A stretch of DNA of 63,384 nt, counting the filler, from Globobulimina sp. (lineage: Eukaryota): assembly GCA_003354225.1 (NCBI GenBank). It is 29 parts of 29 records of this genome, joined end to end, with 100 filler letters (N's around TTAATTAATTAA, not from the genome) between each part and the next. Parts side by side here need not be neighbours in the genome. Positions count along the whole stretch, not along the records: positions 1 to 2,091 come from PIVH01009076.1; positions 2,192 to 4,282 come from PIVH01009077.1; positions 4,383 to 6,472 come from PIVH01009078.1; positions 6,573 to 8,662 come from PIVH01009079.1; positions 8,763 to 10,852 come from PIVH01009080.1; positions 10,953 to 13,042 come from PIVH01009081.1; 23 more parts are not named here. One strand, given 5' to 3'. Under the pieces are notes generated by a model that did not search any database, had not been told where the DNA came from, and saw nothing but the letters and a program-made list of their open reading frames with translations. A program made the translations under genes and the position numbers. This document shows, in pieces, positions 1-12,331 of this stretch (within the stretch, counting starts at the first letter, position 1; each line of letters opens with the position of its first letter).

Positions 1-1
1 T

Positions 2-604
2 GCACCAATTGATCAATGACGAGGGTTTGAAGGGGGACTGTAACTGCAGTTGGAATGGCGATGTCGGCGCTGAATATCTATGTTGATAATACGGACTTGT
101 TACTGCACTGTTTTTGTGCGTGTTTTTGTGACTTTTATGTTTGTGGGAAAGGCCTAATACATGGTATGGGTGCGGCGAATGCGTGGATAATGTGGTGATG
201 TATATGTCCAATGTATGATAATCGACTTTAATAATAACGCCTTTCACAAAGGATCCAATTTTAAATTGTTTTGTATACAATTTTTTATCCAAATTATTGG
301 ACTCAATCTCGTCAAATAAGCAAATTGAGACAATATCTAACGAAGAATGGATTGATTCAAAGGCGGTTTCTGTGCAACTGGTTAAGGTGTTATCTAAATT
401 ATAAATGGTATCTACGCGAACATGGACGCCGTCGTCGTCTCGGTCTATTAACGTACCATCGATGACTTGCGAGGTTGAGATCTCTGATATTATGCGTTTT
501 TTTAATAGATATTGCTCGATTTTAATAAAACCTTTCTTCGAATCTGATAACGATCGCGAGCTCTTCTTGCTAATGCCTGCGTTTTTTAACATGGAGTCAC
601 TCAT
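2..604 (-). CDS. S1/OB-fold protein, TTC14-like N-terminal part (3' truncated at the window edge; absent from the ORF track)
   Basis: Manual translation from ATG 604 is open to the window edge: MSDSMLKN...SQVIDGTLIDRDDDGVHVRVDTI...DIVSICLFDEI...FKIGSFVKGVIIKVDYHTLDIYIT. This resembles the S1 domain of TTC14. Confidence 0.55.
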   Translation of the reverse strand, partial: MSDSMLKNAGISKKSSRSLSDSKKGFIKIEQYLLKKRIISEISTSQVIDGTLIDRDDDGVHVRVDTIYNLDNTLTSCTETAFESIHSSLDIVSICLFDEIESNNLDKKLYTKQFKIGSFVKGVIIKVDYHTLDIYITTLSTHSPHPYHVLGLSHKHKSHKNTHKNSAVTSPYYQHRYSAPTSPFQLQLQSPFKPSSLINWC

Positions 605-1038
605 TTGACTGTTTGCTAAGCGCGCGATTCGTGAATTTAATGAATGTGAACGAAATGAGGAACCTGGCGTATTCATGCTTTTTCTTTTTTATTTTTATTT
701 TTGTTCTTGTTTTTTTCCTTCTATGTATTTTATGTGTGGCAAAATTACAACAATATTTGGGATGATCATGACGTAATCTATGAGATATTAGCTGTGTGCA
801 AGATATTGACAATTTTTTTATACCTTTTGTTGAGTGCAAGGATACAACCCGTCGGATGTGCTTTTTTTTTACGAATATGACGGTGTTATTAATAACGATA
901 TCGGTGATAAGAAAAAGGTTTTTTGAGGTTTACTTGACATTGTTTAATTTTCAAAAAAAACCAACTTAATTTATCAAGTATTTTTCCATCAAACTTAAAT
1001 TGTCATCCTTTCGTGATCTGTCTCATCTCGACTCAACA

Positions 1039-1839
1039 ATGCAAGTAATATTGTTGTGCATAGGATTGCAGTCTTTAGTATTTTCATTATGTATTCAATT
1101 TACTTACGGTTCATTCATTGAATTACAACAAAGTTTATCTGTTATTGGTTGTTTATGTTTATTTGTATGGCTAGTTTTATATTTTATTATGCAATCAAAA
1201 GCACCAAAACCAGCAAAACAGTTTGCATCATCCTCAAATAAAGTTGCAATTGTTAAAAAAGCATCAACTCGATACATAAAATCACCATTAAAAACATTAA
1301 ATAAATCATTATTAAATACAGCAAGCAATGAGGATGAAATCGTATACAAAAGAAATGATTATTTGGATTGGGATGAATATTTTTTGAGTGTGGCAATTCT
1401 GAGTTCCATGAGGAGTAAGGACCCATCGACACAAGTCGGTGCTTGCATAGTGAACCAACAAAAACGAATTGTTGGAATTGGATATAATGGATTTCCGGTT
1501 GGTTGTTGTGATGATAAATTGCCATGGAATAGGACCTCAAATCAAGGCATAACTGGCACAAAATATCCATATGTTTGTCATGCTGAAATGAATGCGATTT
1601 TAAATAAAAATAGCGCTGATTGTCGTCAATGTACAATATATGTTTCATTGTTTCCATGTAATGAATGTGCAAAATTAATTATTCAATCTGGTATAAAAAG
1701 GATTATTTTTATTTGTGATAAACACGCAAAAACTGATTCGGTAATTGCTTCAAAAAGATTATTAAATATGGCTGGTATTCAGTATAAACAGTATACTCCA
1801 AACAAAAAATCCATTTTAATTACATTTCCTCAATCATAA
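1039..1839 (+). CDS. DCTD: dCMP deaminase with N-terminal hydrophobic extension
   Basis: Motifs [31 protein letters not shown] and PCNEC. ATG at 1039. Confidence 0.95.
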   Translation: MQVILLCIGLQSLVFSLCIQFTYGSFIELQQSLSVIGCLCLFVWLVLYFIMQSKAPKPAKQFASSSNKVAIVKKASTRYIKSPLKTLNKSLLNTASNEDEIVYKRNDYLDWDEYFLSVAILSSMRSKDPSTQVGACIVNQQKRIVGIGYNGFPVGCCDDKLPWNRTSNQGITGTKYPYVCHAEMNAILNKNSADCRQCTIYVSLFPCNECAKLIIQSGIKRIIFICDKHAKTDSVIASKRLLNMAGIQYKQYTPNKKSILITFPQS

Positions 1840-2091
1840 TTTATTTAATTCACACAATATTTCCGTTGTCTTTGTCAAATCGGAGTCGGAGACAGCACTT
1901 ATTTAATTCACCCACTTGCTTACACAGTTGTGAAAAACGCCATAATTTGACCATCTACTTTGAAGTACTTTGAACATACTAGCAATGCGTTTTTAGCACT
2001 TTTTACGACAAAAAATGGAAATATCAAATATTATGTGAGGGAACGATTAGCAATGACTATTGACCCCATTGAATCATATTTTCGCGGTTGA

Positions 2092-2191
2092 NNNNNNNNN
2101 NNNNNNNNNNNNNNNNNNNNNNNNNNNNNNNNNNNTTAATTAATTAANNNNNNNNNNNNNNNNNNNNNNNNNNNNNNNNNNNNNNNNNNNN
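2092..2191. other. Artificial contig linker (first of 28)
   Basis: N-run + TTAATTAATTAA (stops in all six frames) + N-run, recurring every ~2.19 kb through the window. Confidence 0.98.
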
Positions 2192-2193
2192 TG

Positions 2194-3048
2194 ATGTTGG
2201 GAGATGGCGTGGAGGATAAGTTGCATTGGGTGTCGTTTTTAGGCTATGATGAGGATGAGACCGGTGTGGAATATGGCGGTATGATACCCATTGAGAAGGC
2301 AATCGATTCGTGGGGCGATTGTTTGTTGGTGTATGAGATGAACGGGGCAGAGTTGCCGCGCGACCATGGATATCCAATTCGGTTAATTGCGCCGGGACAT
2401 GCCGGCTGTAGACAGGTTAAATGGGTGCGCGAAATACAACTATTGGAGGTGCCATCGGAGTTAGATTCTGGCAGCAAATTAGATCGGCATTTTGCTCCTA
2501 ATATTTGCTTTGAGAAATTACGGAATGAGGTAAGTTTGCATACATTTATACTGTACATATATGTTCAATTTGGACATGCATAACAGGGTGATTTGGATGA
2601 GAATGATGAAGACGGCTTAGAGATGGCATCAGCGCCGGTTATCCAGACCTTGCCGGTTCAATCAATAATATGTGATTGGCGCAATAATGAGAACAGTTCG
2701 TTGACAGTACGTGGCGTAGCGTGGGCAGGCGGCGGTAAAGCAATCGCCCGCGTCGATGTGTCAATGGATGGTGGTGACACATTTAAAGGTTCAAAGATTA
2801 TAAGCCCTATAAAAACAACATGGAATCGGAATTGGTCGTGGGTACATTTTGAATCTGTGTTAAAATTAAATGACAAACAAAGAGAAATATTAAATAATGG
2901 AAATGATTTGAATGTTGAATTAGTCTCCAAAGCAGTGGATGATAATTTTAACGCACAGCCTGAAAATATGGAACCTTTTTATAATGTGTTAGGTGTTTGT
3001 ATTAATCATTGGAAGCGAATAAATGTTACTATTAAATCAAATCAATAA
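2194..3048 (+). CDS. Sulfite oxidase/nitrate reductase family molybdopterin enzyme (5' partial; Moco and dimerisation domains; intron 2530-2586)
   Basis: YEMNGAELPRDHGYPIRLIAPGHAGCRQVKW, LPVQSII, VRGVAWAGGG, RVDVSMDGG and KAVDDNFNAQPE. A GT..AG intron joins the two ORFs in frame. Confidence 0.92.
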
Positions 3049-3268
3049 ACAAAACAATCTGTATTTCAAATCTACATATTAATTTTAAATAGCTTTTTTT
3101 CCCCTAATTTCTATATTTTTAAACATAAATAGTGTATGTTTTCTTTGTATTTCATTGTAACATATTTGTATTTTCATACTTTAATTGTATTTTATTCACA
3201 GCGGCATGCTATGCTTATTCGAAGTGAAAAACATTGAAGTATAAATAGTAGTTGTGTTGTCTAACAAA

Positions 3269-4251
3269 ATGGCGTATGACCCAGACAATGATGATGAAAA
3301 AGAGAATATATCAATTGAACAAAAGATATGCAATGCAATATATGATGATGATATTGATGAGTTACAAATGTTATTATTAGAAGATGCAGATTTAAATAAA
3401 TTAGGAGCATATGGCAAAAAAGGAAACGAGAAAATAACACCATTACATATAGCGTGCAGCAAAAAAAATTTAAAAGCTTGCAAGTTATTAATAAAATTTA
3501 AAGCAAAACCAGAGGTAAAATCGTTTCCCAAAGGAAATACACCGTTACATTATGCTGCCATGTGGGCAGAACATAAAATTGTCAGATTATTATTAAAAAA
3601 CGGCGCCAATCCCGTGACAAATAATAATAAACAAAAGAATCCCTTACAAATCATTGGCAGTAAATTCAAAAATGCCCAAATGAATGATTCCAAAGTGATT
3701 GAGGGCAAAATGGAAACACAAATACTTTTGTTAGAAGCCGGCGGTAAAAAAGCTATCAATTTCCAGGACGAAATCGCTCAGGACATCATGGATGCGGAGG
3801 ATTGCTTAGCTGGCTTAAAGGCGGAGAGTAATATGAGAATTAAAAAAATACAGAAATCTGGAAAGGTACTCTAATAACTGTAACACTCCGCATTTTCGCA
3901 CAACTCACATATATGAATATGAATATGATACTCTATGTATAGGTTTTTGATGCGACCCATCCATATTTATTTGTAAAAGCAAATCGAATGCGAGCTTGGA
4001 AGCAGAAAAACAAGTGTACGGTGCAAGAATATTTAAACAAACGATATATTAAAGTTAAAGTGCCACAGTGGGTGGATAAAGAAAACCAAGTCACACATAT
4101 TGATTTGTCAAAAGTTGCATCTTTTCAATTAGCCATCGCCAAAGAATTATTGTCTGGATCTGGATTACATTTAGAACCTGAAGTACAACAACAATTACCA
4201 TCAAAAGATAAATTTAAAAAGGAAAAAGCAAGTAAAAAGTCAAAAAAATGA
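3269..4251 (+). CDS. Ankyrin-repeat protein (intron 3866-3942)
   Basis: TPLHIAC and GNTPLHYAA...LLLKNGANP repeats. The intron restores frame to the 3988-4251 ORF. Confidence 0.85.
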
Positions 4252-4382
4252 TTTATAACTGATTTGTTTTTTGTGTTTGGTCNNNNNNNNNNNNNNNNNN
4301 NNNNNNNNNNNNNNNNNNNNNNNNNNTTAATTAATTAANNNNNNNNNNNNNNNNNNNNNNNNNNNNNNNNNNNNNNNNNNNN

Positions 4383-5677
4383 ATATATCGCATAGGAACC
4401 TCGTCCTCTTTTAAAATATGCATTGTTTCTTTTGTTTTTTGCACAGTTTCGAAAAAAAAGAAATATTTTACAATATCATACAAAGATTGATATATTTTGC
4501 ACCACAATTCCTGCCCTCCATAAATATCAATGAATTCTTGAACTTCTTCCTGTTCGATGAGATCTAATACATCGCAAATAGTTTTATAATGATTTGCATT
4601 CTGCAAACAATGCAATATTTTCCCAGCCACAACTTGGAATAATTTAAACTGTTTTGGTTGTGAATATCTATCGACATTCTTCCATATATCTTCCTCCACA
4701 AACTCTAAAATAATGGCTATTTTCTTCAGGAATTGTTGCTCTTTGAAGCCATTGGTTTTGGGCCAAAATTGAATGATATTCTTAAATAACAGCAGCGACA
4801 AACTTTCATCCTCTTCGATAATGCGTTTGCAATATATCCATAATACAAACTCGTATCTGCGAAAATATTTATATTGCATTTTGTGCAAAGGAATTAATAT
4901 TTTGACATATATTTGCGCATCAATCAAGGACATGGAATTGAATATGTTTAACACAGATTTGATGCCTTCTGCACTGCCAATCTCATAATATATAAAATCC
5001 AGACAATAATTGGCTAAATGTAGTATTAATTCGGTCTCAAATAAGTCGCCATGTTCGTCGTAAAACGTTTCTAATACCGATTGGATGTGATTCCGTTCAT
5101 TTTTATCCACTGTGTTCAAGGAATAGACAAAGTTTTTAATGAAATTGTATTTTTTAATATATTCTGTGACTAATAATTGGTTAATCTCTGTGTTGCTGAA
5201 TGTGAGCTCAATGATCGAATATATAATTTCTAAGTGCTGCCATGAGGGGATGGTGTACGTAATGGGTACGATATGATCGACGCCCATTAAATGTTGCGTT
5301 AAATAGGAATCTGGCTGCGGGCGAAATAAATTACAACTGACTGTTTCAAATATTTGCGTTATGACTTCTAATGTGTTCCAATTTGTTCCTAGCTGTAAAT
5401 ATGTAAAAATCTCATGTAACATGGAGGTTTTATTGAAGATTCTCTTTTTTTCATTAATGTCGCCACCTTCTTGTGCTAAACGAAAGTCACATATATTGCA
5501 ACATAATTTGAGTTTTTTTATTAGTAATTTATTTTGTTGGGTTTTATCTGTTTCGTTTCTGATTGCCGATAATGTTGATGCTTCTACTAATGACAATTGC
5601 TTTTCTTCAAAGAACTCTGGACGCGAATAATGGTCCGTTCCGCCTAGAATGGTTCGTAACGATTTGGCCCAAGCCAT
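4383..5677 (-). CDS. PP2A regulatory subunit B56/B'-like (3' partial)
   Basis: KKLKLCCNICDF, NLFRP, PSWQHLEIIY, D..ER, ILIPLHK, FWPKTN..KEQQFL and HYK motifs of the B56 HEAT domain. Confidence 0.88.
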
Positions 5678-5813
5678 GGTCGAAGTGCGGACAGTTTTAC
5701 ATTCAGTAAAGTGGAAAAAAAAACATTTGCAGCTCACTTGATCTCTGACAATATTTAATATTATTGATTGGCCATCTCAATCGCAGTGGTATAAGAAACG
5801 AAAAAAATATTTA

Positions 5814-6472
5814 TCATCGGTTGAACCTGATTTGGAGTGTAAGAACGTCACACAATGGCGTACCATACCTACCACGATATCGATGACAATTTTCTTCTAT
5901 ACTTTGTATATTGTAATAACTTACTTTTTTTGTATCATTCAAAATAGTATTTCCTTTTATTAACCGTTGCTGTTTTGGAGGTATTCCCTCAATCTCAAAT
6001 AGTTTCAATTTAATGGCATTAATGGTATTTGATGGATATATTCCTTTCAATGCATGAATTTTGCCGCTTTGAACTTTCACCCATAATCTCATTGATGTTT
6101 CTATTTTTTGAGACTGTGATTTTATGTCAAAATTATTCTGTTGTTTCCATGTTTTCCATTGTTCATCATTTAAATAGTATAAATTTTGTGGATTGAAATT
6201 ATTATTTATAGTTTGAATATCATTGTTATTAATATCCAAATGTATTACATAACTTATTATAATTTGTATGGACACTTTTGACTGAATATATGCTTGCAAC
6301 ACTTCAGAATAATCATTTATAAGTTCATTGTGTATATTGTATATAATAAATGAATAACAATTAAATTTATTTGCAATATAATCATTTTTTTCTAAGTGAT
6401 TTGAAGTTGTTTCGACATAATCAATCATTCCATAATCACCTCCGCCATAATCATCCAATTCCTCAAGATCCA
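5814..6472 (-). CDS. Protein with C-terminal ubiquitin-like domain (5' partial)
   Basis: MRLWVKVQSGK...TINAIKLKL..EGIPPKQQRLI...LND...YNIQ. No terminal di-Gly. Confidence 0.8.
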
Positions 6473-6572
6473 NNNNNNNNNNNNNNNNNNNNNNNNNNNN
6501 NNNNNNNNNNNNNNNNTTAATTAATTAANNNNNNNNNNNNNNNNNNNNNNNNNNNNNNNNNNNNNNNNNNNN

Positions 6573-6609
<37 letters not shown>

Positions 6610-6653
6610 CACATTACACATTTTAATCAAACATAACAAAAATAAATACGAAA

Positions 6654-8662
6654 ATGAGTGCAAATCAACGCAAAAATAATAATCAACGACGAAGTAATTA
6701 CAATAATAACAACAATCAACAGCAACAGCAACAAAATAATAAAAATCAACATCAACAACAAAAGCGTCCACGTTATCAACCCAAACAATACAACAACAAC
6801 AACAATAATAATAATAATAGCAACAATACCAACAACAACCAACCTAAACAGCAATATAATTATTCACCAAAACAGCAACCAAAAAGATATAATCAGCGCA
6901 CCGGGCCATCCTCGCCAAACAACCGCAGCCAAAACCAAAACCGGCATCATTACGACCAATCCCATCCATCGCATCAAAACAACTCAAATCAGCAAAGATT
7001 CAAATTAAAACCGACCAATACCAACAATACCAATAATAATAATAATAATAATCAAAATAGAGGCTATAACACTCAAAATAGAAACTACAACAATAATAAC
7101 AACAGCAACAACAACCAAAGTCCATATAATCGTTCCCGGCGAAATAACCAAAACAATAATAATCCAAACCATCCGTACAATAATCAGAGTAATCAAAATA
7201 ATAATAATAACGACATGGACCTCAACAATGCCAACAACGCCAATAACAAGCAAATGCCGCCTGGCTTTCGGCAAAATAATGACAATCCAGGTATAGTACG
7301 CAATTAATCCTTGCACTCATCGTAGTTTCCAGTCATTTTATCCTTGCACTCGCCACCAAATACACACAGATTATCCGCCCAATAGATACCGCCCAAACGA
7401 CACCAACAATTCTGAACGAAATAGGAATTGGCGCAATCGATATACGCCAGTCGACACATCGGCAAATAATGCCTACAACAACCTGAACAATGCACGTTCG
7501 CACAACTCGCATCATTCTCGTTCGCCACAATCTGGTCCCTCACACCAACACCACTCCCACCCATTGAATGCCAATAACAACAACAATGGCGACCTAAATA
7601 TGAATATGTTTGAAAATACCAGCAATCGCAACAATTTATCTGGCAGCGACCACAGCGCCTCACATTCAATGACGCCGCATGGCCCACAGCGAGAAAGCAA
7701 CAAAGCAATGGACGCCGCCACCACCACTCCAGTAGCCGGCGGCGGCGGTGCCGGCGGTGTAGGCCCCGGTGGCGGCAGCAGTGATATTGGCGGCGGCGGC
7801 AGTGACAGTGCCGCGGGTGAATTATTTGGAGCCATCTATGCGCAAAATGGCGTAGAGCCCAGTATTGCTTATCCAGTGATTAAATTATGTCTAAACAACG
7901 ATGTGGATGGCGATGACAACAATGCATTAGCATCGGACAGCAAAATCCAACGCAAATACCCTGTCGATTGGCTATTAGGTGTCGGCAAAGAGATACGTGA
8001 TCCGCCCAACCATCCGAAGGATGACATCCCTGACAGTGTCAAGTTTATAAACACCATCAAAATCGCAGGCAATCGGTGGAAACAGCATCATAACCAAGCA
8101 CAGAATGCAAATATGAATACGAGTCCCGGCATCCACGCCCATGCGCATACAAATTCTCCCATCCCTACCAATAACAGATTTGGTAACATCCATCAATTGA
8201 CCCCTCGGCAACTACCACTCAATAACAACCACTCGCCTTTGAACCCCAATAATAATAACAACCCCAACGACGACCGTTCATGGCGCAAATTAAACCCTTT
8301 GCAGTTAAATCAAACTATCAACAAAAAAGCAACCGGTCCCAATGAGCACGACTCCACCATCAACAACGAAAACGATAATGACCACCTCGGCGCCACGCCC
8401 ATCCCCAACGATGATGCCAATCACGTGCCTATGTCTACCGTCATTGCGCCGGATCCTGACCGGATAAACACGGCCAACCCCACTGACGAGGCACCGCCAC
8501 CCCATCCCACAGAGGCCAATAACGCCACTGACGACCCTGTACTCGAGCCACCAAAGCAAACTATAATCGAAAATGAAGCGGAGTCTGCACCTGTCCCTGC
8601 ACCAATGCCTATAAATAACAATATGATATCGGCAGAGGCCATCGAGGAAGAATTATTACGTC
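6654..8662 (+). CDS. N/Q-rich disordered protein with YxxxxLL eIF4E-binding-like motif (intron 7291-7369; 3' partial)
   Basis: A GT..AG intron joins the 6654 and 7564 ORFs in frame. RKYPVDWLL lies at 7951-7977. Confidence 0.65.
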
Positions 8663-8910
8663 NNNNNNNNNNNNNNNNNNNNNNNNNNNNNNNNNNNNNN
8701 NNNNNNTTAATTAATTAANNNNNNNNNNNNNNNNNNNNNNNNNNNNNNNNNNNNNNNNNNNNTTTGGTGGCCCTTTGGCATTTTCTGCCTCTGTTTCTAC
8801 ATTTGATTGTATCACTTCCTCCATCATTCAAATCAAGTGCACATTTCAACAAACAATTTGATGAAAACAACTGAAAACTGTTTACGCACAAAACCAAACC
8901 AAACCAAAAC

Positions 8911-10632
8911 ATGCAGATAGAGTTTGCGCCAAAACCACACCAAAATGAAAGACAGTCATTATTAATTGAACAAAAAGAATTAAATTCCAACGGATCCCAC
9001 AAGAGATGGAGCACAAAACAGTTGTTATTGGTTGTTTTATTGACGATTATTGTTAGTAATGTATTATCAAATATTGACAGAATGATTGAATATATATCAA
9101 ACGAAATGAAATCCAATGATGATAATAGCAGTGATGACAAAGATAAGTATTATTATGATGCAGTTATAGTTGGTGGCGGAGCCACAGGTTTGCATACAAT
9201 GCATTTTCTGAGTATGGACAATGACATAAATTCAAAATACACCAAATTATTAATTGAGAGATTACCGCGTGTTGGCGGCAATGCATTTAGTCACTCCTTA
9301 AAATACAATGAAACAACAATTATTTTCGAATTAGGTGCGATGAGATTTCGTCCAAACAATTATTACATTTCACGAATGTTAAAAAGAATGGATTTATGCG
9401 ATGAGTATATTTCAATGGACAGCACAGAGAGTAACAAAAATAGATATTATTATTATAGAAACGAATGGAATTTAATTACAAATGCAACCGATCAAAATTA
9501 TTGGTTTAAATTATATAATTTTCATCCGATTGAAATGCAACAAATGACAGATAATTTCGATGCAGATAACAGAGCATACCAACAAATATTGGATGAAAAT
9601 AATAATGGTTCAGCACCAAATAATGCAAATGAATGGAGTCATTTTCGCAATGAATGGACATTAAAAGGCGTAAAATTAGAGGATTGGCCATATGAATCAT
9701 ATTGGAAATGGTATCAAAATTACAGCTTAGAATTGTATGACTATGCAGAGGATCGAGCTCCTGGTTTTCGCAGAGATCAAGACTTAGCATCTTATTTATA
9801 TGATAGATATGGCCCAAATTTGTATCCAGATCCAGCGCCAACCGAAGCAACCAATAATTTAACGACATTAAAAAAGGGATATATGGAATTATCGCGAAGA
9901 TTATTGAATAATATTACTAAGTATGGAAATAATAATATATGGTTAGGACATGAAGTATATGCGATAGATTATAGTGAGAGGGACGAGAAACGGTATAAAT
10001 ATAAAATAAGTGTAAATAATTTGTATGCAAACGAAGAAGAAGCGTTAATACGGTATGTGTATACAAATAGAATCATATTAGGAATGAATGCAAACGCATT
10101 ACAAACCCAACTGCCGTATTTTAAGCCGATCGATAATGAGGAAACACGGTATTTAGTTAATTCAGTGACAGTGGCCAGTAATTATAAAGTAAATTTAATT
10201 TTTGATTCGTGGTTTGTTGCGGATCCGGATAAAGATTTTATAAAATCAGCGAGTGGATCACTCACAAATTTAGCAATACGCACTTTTTTAATAGAAAGTG
10301 TGTGGACCAACGGATCTTTAACAACACTCCAAATATTTGCGCAAGGCGATAGAGCGGATTTATTGCACAGATTGCAATCAATGGGGGATCCCTATCCAAT
10401 GCATGAAGGAGTTGATGTTGATTTAAGTGATGGCTTATTACTGGCAACGGAGCCTTTGGTGGATGAAATATTGAAAGAATTAAGGTTTGTTGTACAAGCT
10501 AAGAAAAACAGGATATATTTATTGTATATAATTGTTAACAGATTGATAGTCGCCAAGAAACAATGGACAATTCCAAAACCAATCGCAGCTTTTGCGCAGC
10601 CAATGGGCAAAAAGTTGATTTATATGAATTAA
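8911..10632 (+). CDS. Flavin-dependent amine/L-amino-acid oxidase family protein with N-terminal membrane anchor (3' end probably spliced and incomplete)
   Basis: Rossmann VIVGGGATG, ER..RVGG and FELGAMRF motifs. Hydrophobic segment LLLVVLLTIIV. Confidence 0.85.
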   Translation: MQIEFAPKPHQNERQSLLIEQKELNSNGSHKRWSTKQLLLVVLLTIIVSNVLSNIDRMIEYISNEMKSNDDNSSDDKDKYYYDAVIVGGGATGLHTMHFLSMDNDINSKYTKLLIERLPRVGGNAFSHSLKYNETTIIFELGAMRFRPNNYYISRMLKRMDLCDEYISMDSTESNKNRYYYYRNEWNLITNATDQNYWFKLYNFHPIEMQQMTDNFDADNRAYQQILDENNNGSAPNNANEWSHFRNEWTLKGVKLEDWPYESYWKWYQNYSLELYDYAEDRAPGFRRDQDLASYLYDRYGPNLYPDPAPTEATNNLTTLKKGYMELSRRLLNNITKYGNNNIWLGHEVYAIDYSERDEKRYKYKISVNNLYANEEEALIRYVYTNRIILGMNANALQTQLPYFKPIDNEETRYLVNSVTVASNYKVNLIFDSWFVADPDKDFIKSASGSLTNLAIRTFLIESVWTNGSLTTLQIFAQGDRADLLHRLQSMGDPYPMHEGVDVDLSDGLLLATEPLVDEILKELRFVVQAKKNRIYLLYIIVNRLIVAKKQWTIPKPIAAFAQPMGKKLIYMN

Positions 10633-10952
10633 ACATGATATATACATTAAATTGAACTGATTTATAACAACACAGTGTAAGTAATGGTGATGGTATATAT
10701 CGCATGAAATACGGACATAATCGAGATTATGTACTTGAAAATATTGTACATCCAACAAAATCAGAAAATATATATATTGGTTGTTCCAGGTGTGAGATGC
10801 ATATTTGTTTTGATTTGTTGATTCATTAAATCTACACGTTATATTTACAGTTNNNNNNNNNNNNNNNNNNNNNNNNNNNNNNNNNNNNNNNNNNNNTTAA
10901 TTAATTAANNNNNNNNNNNNNNNNNNNNNNNNNNNNNNNNNNNNNNNNNNNN

Positions 10953-11528
10953 TTGTACGAAATAGCAAATAATGATTAGTTTTCGCAGTTGGTGTATATT
11001 CATTCGTTGTAATTTTACCAATAAAAACGGGAACACCCAATAAAAAAACCAAATAGTTGACATAAACCATGAAGGCCTACTGAATACATATATTTTACCA
11101 AACCACGTTGACATTCCCAATGCCGTGAATATGTAATATGCTAATGCGTCTTGCGGAGGATTTTTGTCCCAACCGTATATCAAATATTGTATTGGTATTG
11201 CTGACAAATTTGCCAATAAATATATTGGAATAGTTCGTGCTACTCTCTTTAAATAGAAGTTTAATTTATTAAATGGATTATCAACACCGTATTGTTTATT
11301 TCCATTACATATACCAAATACAAATCCTGATATTAGGAAAAATAATGGCATTTCAATTGAACCACTTAGATTAATACCATAACGCCCCATGTAATGATGA
11401 ACCATTATATATATTGATACTAAGCCCTTAATGCCATTTAGGGCGGTTGTATTCACACGTTCAGGTTTAGTTTGGTTTTCTTCAATATTGATTACTATTG
11501 ATTCAACTTGTTCTGGTGGTGTTATCAT
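10953..11528 (-). CDS. Acyltransferase-3 (OafA-like) membrane protein (3' partial)
   Basis: ALNGIKGL...MVHH, FFLISGF, FYLKRVARTIPIY and WFMSTIWFFYWVFP. Confidence 0.88.
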
Positions 11529-11692
11529 TATTGTTTTATTAGTTTTAATTTATTAATATAATAAATTTTGATATGTTTTTTTTAAAAATTATTTCTTCTT
11601 AGGGTTTCTTTCCAATGTGTCAATATAGTTATTTTCCCAATATATATATAATCAAAATTTATTTTTATATATTATAATAACAGATAATCATC

Positions 11693-11842
11693 ATGAGTTT
11701 AAGAAATAAAAAGAAAGATAAGAAAAGAAAAACTTTCGAGAAATACGGCAAATATAACGCAAAGAGTTTGAGAGTGAAAGCATCAGCAACTCACAACGCC
11801 GAGAAGAAAAAGAAACGCCAGGAACAAAATAGAAAATATTAA
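11693..11842 (+). CDS. Small basic 49-aa protein, giant-virus-like
   Basis: Manual translation: MSLRNKKKDKKRKTFEKYGKYNAKSLRVKASATHNAEKKKKRQEQNRKY. Intronless and followed by AT palindromes. Confidence 0.5.
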   Translation: MSLRNKKKDKKRKTFEKYGKYNAKSLRVKASATHNAEKKKKRQEQNRKY

Positions 11843-11958
11843 ATATTTTTAATACATATTTTTAATACATATTTTAATACGTATTAAATAAGTCAATATA
11901 ATATATGTTTTAACTTAAGATATACATTATAAATGTTATATATTATATACAAACAACT

Positions 11959-12285
11959 ATGAACTCATTACAAATATACGAAATCAAAGATTTACAAAAT
12001 ATAATTATTGATTATAAAACCCAATTTGAAATTTTCGAGCATAAACAAAAAATGCAAGCATCATTAAATAAAATCAATGAGATTGAATATGAATATTATA
12101 GAAGCGGTGATTATCACACTTATCGCAGCATGACTGGCGCTCGAACAATGAATGGCATTGAAGTTTCATACGAATTATTTAATTATACGCCTGAATATAA
12201 TCAAGAGAACTTATTTGTATGCAATGATACAACATGTAATTCATTCGCTATTCTCGAGTATAAAAGCAAAGTCACATTCGAATAA
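11959..12285 (+). CDS. Hypothetical protein, NCLDV-like family (paralog of the next ORF)
   Basis: N-terminal KDLQNIIIDYK..FE..EH.QK...SLNKINEIEY is shared with 12332-12775. Confidence 0.6.
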   Translation: MNSLQIYEIKDLQNIIIDYKTQFEIFEHKQKMQASLNKINEIEYEYYRSGDYHTYRSMTGARTMNGIEVSYELFNYTPEYNQENLFVCNDTTCNSFAILEYKSKVTFE

Positions 12286-12331
12286 ATAATAAATTAAAAT
12301 AAATTAAAAGTATCAATATATATTATTATAC

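Noticed and set aside
6517-8642. Numerous minus-strand hydrophobic ORFs
   Set aside because: They are antisense shadows of the AAC/AAT-rich low-complexity gene.
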